Below, one piece after another: positions 59,399-64,000 of a stretch of 64,000 nucleotides of DNA. The number at the start of each line of letters is the position of its first letter. Within the stretch, counting starts at the first letter, position 1. The notes under the pieces are model-generated. The model saw only the letters and a program-made list of their open reading frames with translations, had not been told where the DNA came from and ran no database searches. This DNA is from a virus. The DNA is taken from positions 19,560-83,559 of the IMG/VR virus record IMGVR_UViG_3300045974_000167. The stretch is one strand, 5' to 3'. The position numbers and the translations under genes are program-made.

Positions 59399-59427
59399 TT
59401 GACAAATGTAGGGTGCTTCGGTAATGT
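59399..59427 (+). promoter_or_regulatory. sigma70-type promoter (fixed-AG spacer class)
   Basis: TTGACA-aatgtAGggtgcttcgg-TAATGT. Confidence 0.75.
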
Positions 59428-59472
59428 TGTTTCCTGATTTCGGCGGTGCAATCCCAATCATGGAGGCTCCTA

Positions 59473-60080
59473 ATGTCTGACCCTGTTGACAGGATGTGCG
59501 AGTGTGGGCACCTTGAATCCCGGCATGGCTACACCTCGTCTGGGCAGTTTACTTGTAACGACCCCCTGTGTATGTGCAGGGTGAACTTCAAGCCTGTAGA
59601 GGTTGCTCACGTTGCTCTATCCGGCTCGATTGTGGGCAAGGGTTCGATGAAGTAATCCTGTTGTAAGAAGCCTCAATGGAGTGAGGATGGACCGTTCGGC
59701 TATCAATGGGGAATTCGCTCGACATAGAGTCGTGGCGGGTTCCCCTTTTACTACTGACTTCGCGTTGGAAGAAATCTACAGGGCGTGGGTGGAGCTTTCT
59801 AAACCTACTGACTGTTGGATTGGGTATGACCTAGACAACGAACACAAACGGATAATCTCCGTTGTGAGGAAAGAGGCTGAGGATGAAGGAGAAGGAGTCG
59901 GCCTACGAAGCGTTGATGGTGGCGAAGCATTATGTGGGTAAGGGGTGCGGGGATAACTCTTGCCTACTCGTTAGACCTACTGGAATGGCTACGAATGGCG
60001 GGTGCCGGTGTGCGAACCGGCCTGCGGTGTTCTCCGCGCTGTGCAGGCTATTCCGCGCAAGCATGGAGGAGAATTCGTGA
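59473..60080 (+). other. Three small CDSs (59473-59655, 59681-59941, 59883-60080)
   Basis: RBS-preceded ORFs; Cys motifs (CECGH; GMATNGGCRC). Confidence 0.5.
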
Positions 60081-60700
60081 AAGTCGTCGTCGGGGTTCCT
60101 GCGGGGGATAGAGTCCACACAGAGTTTGTGGTGTGCCTGGGGGATATGCTGCTCTATACGGCTAAGGCATTACCTGACCTGGAATTAGAGCTTCGGATGC
60201 AGATGAGTTCGCTCGTCGCGTTTAATCGTAATGAGCTTGCGAAATATGCTCTAGAGCAGAAGGCCGACTACCTCCTGTTTATTGATTCGGATATGGAGTT
60301 TCCTCCGTATGCGCTGAATCGGATTTTGGATGAAGCCTTAGGCGGGGAGTATGAAATCCTTGGGTACAACTACACGCAGCGGGGGCCACCGTTCCAGGGA
60401 TTAGCTCTTGATCTTGCTGGAAAGCAGGTGGAACACGGCAAGTGGGTGATTGAAGTTTCTAGGTTGCCTACCGGATTTATGTTGATTAATCTGGGTGTTT
60501 TTGCCAAATTGAAATCACCGTATTTCCACCATCCGATTGAGGACGGACATATCGTTTCAGAGGATTATGCGTTCTGCGACGATGCACGAAAGGCTGGAAT
60601 CAGACTTTGGATGGACGCGGATATGTCTAGGGAGATTAGGCATATCGGAACTGCATATACACGGTGGGTTTCGGGGTTAGGGTGCCAGAATGAGTTTTGA
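60077..60700 (+). CDS. GT-A fold (GT2-like) glycosyltransferase 1
   Basis: RNELA..AL...ADYLLFIDSDM.FP, PTGFMLI..VF, SEDYAFC..AR..G..LW.D...HIG. Confidence 0.82.
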   Translation: MKVVVGVPAGDRVHTEFVVCLGDMLLYTAKALPDLELELRMQMSSLVAFNRNELAKYALEQKADYLLFIDSDMEFPPYALNRILDEALGGEYEILGYNYTQRGPPFQGLALDLAGKQVEHGKWVIEVSRLPTGFMLINLGVFAKLKSPYFHHPIEDGHIVSEDYAFCDDARKAGIRLWMDADMSREIRHIGTAYTRWVSGLGCQNEF

Positions 60701-61313
60701 TATTGTTCAGGTGGTTGTGCCTACGCGGGGGAATCCACGAGCTGAAGTAGTTTCCTCTATTGAGAGGGTTTGTCGGCGTAGCCTTGCTCCCAAATACTTG
60801 ATTGGGAATGCGGGTGCAGCGGAAACGAAGGCCCGTGCGGTTAAGTGGTTCATGGAGGAATGCGTTGCGGATAGATTAATCATCGTGGACGACGACATTA
60901 TCGTGCCGCCCAATTTCTTGGATTTAGCGTGCAGGGATGCCGATATAGTCGCAGCGATTTGTCCGGTATGGGTGGTGGGGACTAAGCAGGTGCCGTTCTA
61001 CAATGCCTACCGTGCGGTGCAGGGTGGATACGCGCACGCGGAGATTAATCTAAAGGGAATGCAGGAGGTAGATGCTGTTGGAGGAGGCGCTCTTTGTCTG
61101 ACTCGGAAAGTCCTTGCCGACCTAAAGCCTGTGTTCACGGATAAGTACGACGAGTGGGGAGTGCTTGCTCTGGGGGAAGATTTCCACTTTTGCCAAAGGG
61201 CTAAGGCTAAGGGCTATAAGGTGTGGGCGGATTTCAGTATCCGATGCGAACACATCAAGACCGTACTTCTAGAGGACTACGCCATCCGCGTGATTAAGGG
61301 GTTGCAGCCATGA
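60690..61313 (+). CDS. GT-A fold glycosyltransferase 2
   Basis: IIVDDDI, EVDAVGGGALC, GEDFHFCQRAKAKGYKVWADFSIRCEH. Confidence 0.8.
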   Translation: MSFDIVQVVVPTRGNPRAEVVSSIERVCRRSLAPKYLIGNAGAAETKARAVKWFMEECVADRLIIVDDDIIVPPNFLDLACRDADIVAAICPVWVVGTKQVPFYNAYRAVQGGYAHAEINLKGMQEVDAVGGGALCLTRKVLADLKPVFTDKYDEWGVLALGEDFHFCQRAKAKGYKVWADFSIRCEHIKTVLLEDYAIRVIKGLQP

Positions 61314-61921
61314 CGGTACAAGTAGTCATTCCTACGAGGGGAAATCCCCGCGTAGAGACTGTTGCCTCTATTGAAAATATTTGCAGGGGCAAGACCCCCC
61401 CGCACTACGTAGGGGGCTCGATGGGTGCAGCAGAGACAAAGAGTCGGATTGTTCAATGGTTTCTGCTAAAGACGAATGCCTCGCACTTAATCATCTTAGA
61501 TGATGACGTTATTCCTCCAACGAATTTCTTGAGTCTCGCAGAACGGGGAGTTGAGATAGTAGCAGGAGCAGTACCACTATTCGGTGCTCACTCCGCAAGG
61601 GTTCCGTTCGATGCTGTTTATAGGAGAAATGCCGCTGGAACCTATATTCCCGTAGAAGCCGGATTAACTGGAATGCATGAAGTAGACGCAGTAGGAGGAG
61701 CTTCTATCTGTATTGCTCGCCACGTTCTGGTAGATGTGCGGCCCGCCTTTACCGATGTGTACGACGAAGACGGAAGGGCGGTTATCAGTGAGGACTTCCA
61801 TTTCTGTCAGCTAGCCAAGGCGAAGGGATATAAAATCTGGGCCGACTTCGATGTCCGGTGTGAACACGTTAAGCAAATGCCGTTGTCGGACATGGCGATG
61901 CGCGTGCGAGCGAACCCGTGA
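61310..61921 (+). CDS. GT-A fold glycosyltransferase 3 (paralogue of 60690)
   Basis: VVIPTRGNPR.E, ILDDDV, EVDAVGGA, SEDFHFCQLAKAKGYKIWADFDVRCEH. Confidence 0.8.
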   Translation: MTVQVVIPTRGNPRVETVASIENICRGKTPPHYVGGSMGAAETKSRIVQWFLLKTNASHLIILDDDVIPPTNFLSLAERGVEIVAGAVPLFGAHSARVPFDAVYRRNAAGTYIPVEAGLTGMHEVDAVGGASICIARHVLVDVRPAFTDVYDEDGRAVISEDFHFCQLAKAKGYKIWADFDVRCEHVKQMPLSDMAMRVRANP

Positions 61922-62259
61922 GTGATTGCTCTATTCCTTGTACCGGTCGATGTTGTGAGATGTTGGCACTACCGTTTCTCATGGAGGAATACAAACAATC
62001 TTATGAGAACTGGCTGGCGGGTCGGCCCCACCTAAAAGATATCTGGATTATCTACCCGATGCTGAAACCGCCACCAGAGAAACTCTATAAAGAACTTCTC
62101 GATACAGTCGGAGGCGATCCATATAAGCTTGTCTCCTTCCACTACGGATGCAAGCACTTAACAGAGGATAAGAAGTGTAGCATCTACGATGCTAGACCTC
62201 AGATGTGCAGGACGTTCCCAGATGATCATCCTTGCCAGTTTTGCGGAGTAACAGCATGA
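61918..62259 (+). CDS. YkgJ-family Fe-S/Zn Cys-cluster protein
   Basis: CTGRCC...CKHL....CSIYDARPQMCRTFP. Confidence 0.8.
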   Translation: MSDCSIPCTGRCCEMLALPFLMEEYKQSYENWLAGRPHLKDIWIIYPMLKPPPEKLYKELLDTVGGDPYKLVSFHYGCKHLTEDKKCSIYDARPQMCRTFPDDHPCQFCGVTA

Positions 62260-62353
62260 AGAAGGCTCTGATTTACGCGGCGTGGTTTCTGGCGGGATTC
62301 TTCATCGGGCCTATCCTTGCCTATTTCGGAATTATGAGTCTCTGGAGGCCGTA

Positions 62354-63084
62354 ATGACATTAGGAAAAAATCTTGGAACGGTCGGCGGGCACAACTGGTA
62401 CCGTCTACCGTCCAAGTTCGTAGAACGGTTGTGGTGTACCCGCTGCGGGTGTCTTGCCGAGGGCGACTTGCTCTGGGCAATGAATCTGAAGTTAACCCGC
62501 TGGGATTGGCAGTTCACACTACCCGGGAATCCTGTAAAGGTGATTAAGAGTTCCGAGGATGTTCCTAAATGCCCCAACGGTGTTGGGTACAACCAGACCA
62601 CGCTCATGCGGGAGCAGGGACTACAGAAACTAGAGCGTCAGGCCAAGGGAGAAATCGAATGATTGAAAAGAACACCATCAATTTCTGCGGAAGGCCCTTG
62701 CTCGATTGGGAACCCGGCGACGAACAGTTCAAGAAGATTTTGAAGATTACGTATGATAAGGGCTGCGAACATTACATCGCCAAGCCCAGCGATACTATTA
62801 TCTTCCTAATGCGGAAGGTGAAGGAACTTGGCAATCAATTGCACGACGTAGAGGCTACCCCTATGTCGGAGTGGGCGGCTACTCTCGCGGCTGCGAAGGA
62901 GAACGTGGAGGGAACGGCGGCTTTGTTACATGAGGCCGAGAAGCGTATTGCGAAACTGGAGGCGATGATTCCGCAGTATGCACCGGAACCTCCAACGCAT
63001 TGCCATTGTCCCCGTAGCGTTCCTCTAACGCAAGATCAGAAACGATGCTCTTGGTGTTGGTTACCTCGTAAGGAAAAGACCTAA
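62354..63084 (+). other. Two hypothetical CDSs (~62354-62662, 62659-63084)
   Basis: GGAGG RBS and ATGA coupling. Confidence 0.5.
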
Positions 63085-64000
63085 TGCGCGAGTGTGTGGA
63101 GTGTGGGCATATTACGTGTTCTCACCTAGCTGAGTTTGAACAGCTACAGGCCAATGCGTTAGAGGGCCTGCGTGATCGCGTTAAGCAGGCAGAGCAGGAT
63201 GCGCGTGCGGCGGGGTATAGGGCGCATGATTTCCCTGCCGTGGCTGCGGAACGTGACGTTCTCCGCGCCCGCGTGGCTGAGGTCGAGCGGGACTTGGCAA
63301 GCGAAGTGCGGCAGCACGGGGAAACGGCTGCGAGCTATTTCGATGCCCGCGCCGAGTCCGAGAGGCTGCGGGCGGCGCTGCGGGCGGTCCTCGACACGCA
63401 CGATGCCTGGGACGCCGCCGAGGTTGAGAGGTTCTCGCAGGAGAGCCTGTCGCGCCGGATGGTCCGGTGCGAAGCGTTCTACGGGGCGAAGAAGGAGGCC
63501 CGCGCCGCGCTGGCCGAGGCCGAGGCGGGGAGGCTGCGGGCGCAGGTCGATTCCTGGGAAGCTGGCTGGCACAAGAAGCACGGGGAGGTCGTTCGGTTGA
63601 CGGAGGTGCTGCGGGACGTTTTCGACTCCGGCTACATCCCGCACGACTACGCAACCTGTGACGAGAACAGGTCCGTCAACGCGGATCGAGCGTGCCTCGC
63701 GTGCAGGACCCGCGCCGCCCTCGCCGCCGATCCGGTAGCGGAGGGCGGGGACGCGCCGTGGAGGTGCCCCATCTGCGAGAACGGCACGCTAATTGCGCCG
63801 TGGAACTGCGTGTGCAACGGGATTGCCCCCACCGCTCCGGTGCCAAGCGCCCCTGACCCCGAGGACGTTCCTGTCACTCGCCCCTGGAAGGATGCCAGCC
63901 CAGACTTCCAGTCAGGTTATCGGGCCGGGTGGGCTGACCGGGAGGCGGACATCTTGTGCGGCATCGACAGGGTAGCGCCCCCGGTGCCGAGCGGGCCGCG
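63084..64000 (+). CDS. Hypothetical coiled-coil/Cys-rich protein, 3'-truncated by the window edge (absent from the ORF track)
   Basis: TAATG coupling; frame MRECVECGH...VAAERDVLRARVAEVER... appears open to the end; GC rises markedly after ~63200. Confidence 0.6.
   Translation, partial: MRECVECGHITCSHLAEFEQLQANALEGLRDRVKQAEQDARAAGYRAHDFPAVAAERDVLRARVAEVERDLASEVRQHGETAASYFDARAESERLRAALRAVLDTHDAWDAAEVERFSQESLSRRMVRCEAFYGAKKEARAALAEAEAGRLRAQVDSWEAGWHKKHGEVVRLTEVLRDVFDSGYIPHDYATCDENRSVNADRACLACRTRAALAADPVAEGGDAPWRCPICENGTLIAPWNCVCNGIAPTAPVPSAPDPEDVPVTRPWKDASPDFQSGYRAGWADREADILCGIDRVAPPVPSGP

Larger units (their letters stand above)
606..62843. repeat. Dispersed 14-bp palindrome TGCA-N6-TGCA (consensus TGCAATCGATTGCA / TGCAACTGATTGCA), >30 copies
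   Basis: Exact TGCA-N6-TGCA copies at 2091, 2926, 5197, 7097, 12000, 15018, 16165, 18184, 18483, 22641, 23314, 26018, 27759, 28710, 31656, 36436, 38963, 42851, 47964, 50556, 52606, 53686, 54596, 55651, 57132, 57568; 1-mismatch copies at 606, 2693, 10233, 20060, 40020, 45088, 45544, 46684, 50626, 55307, 58099, 62830. Confidence 0.88.

Noticed and set aside
606-62843. TGCA-N6-TGCA repeats as a CRISPR array or IS ends
   Set aside because: Only 14 bp, spaced by kilobases, many inside genes; no spacer periodicity, cas operon or transposase.

Overview
A 64-kb segment of a large tailed dsDNA phage (Caudoviricetes). Essentially all genes are on the + strand, and the host is probably high-GC (inferred from codon usage and the tRNA set). 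Module order: tail fibre/lysis/virion genes (1-8.6 kb); hemerythrin and AAA ATPase; replication/recombination (initiator, DnaC-like, DnaB, primase, SSB, SF2 helicase, RecA, Cas4-like nuclease, RuvC; 11-24 kb); a modification/packaging cluster (SAM MTase, MT-A70, WbqC-like, GT-B glycosyltransferase, ParB-N, TerS/TerL, PIG-L deacetylase, dTMP kinase, dUTPase; 26-38 kb); a region of small genes with 4 tRNAs, a tmRNA and unexplained structured RNAs (39-57 kb); and three GT-A glycosyltransferases (60-62 kb). Three sequence-level signals stand out. (1) A ~1.39-kb transcription unit (57852-59238) has no AG dinucleotide on the + strand, and no TGG/GGG up to 59221, although it is flanked by AG/GG-saturated tracts. 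(2) About 24 sigma70-type promoters are otherwise poor in AG but carry an AG (once TGG) at one fixed spacer position. (3) A 14-bp palindrome, TGCA-N6-TGCA, recurs roughly every 1-3 kb, including inside genes. Together with the modification genes, these suggest (by inference) a context-specific DNA hypermodification system that is wired into phage transcription. All calls were made by eye; no searches were run.
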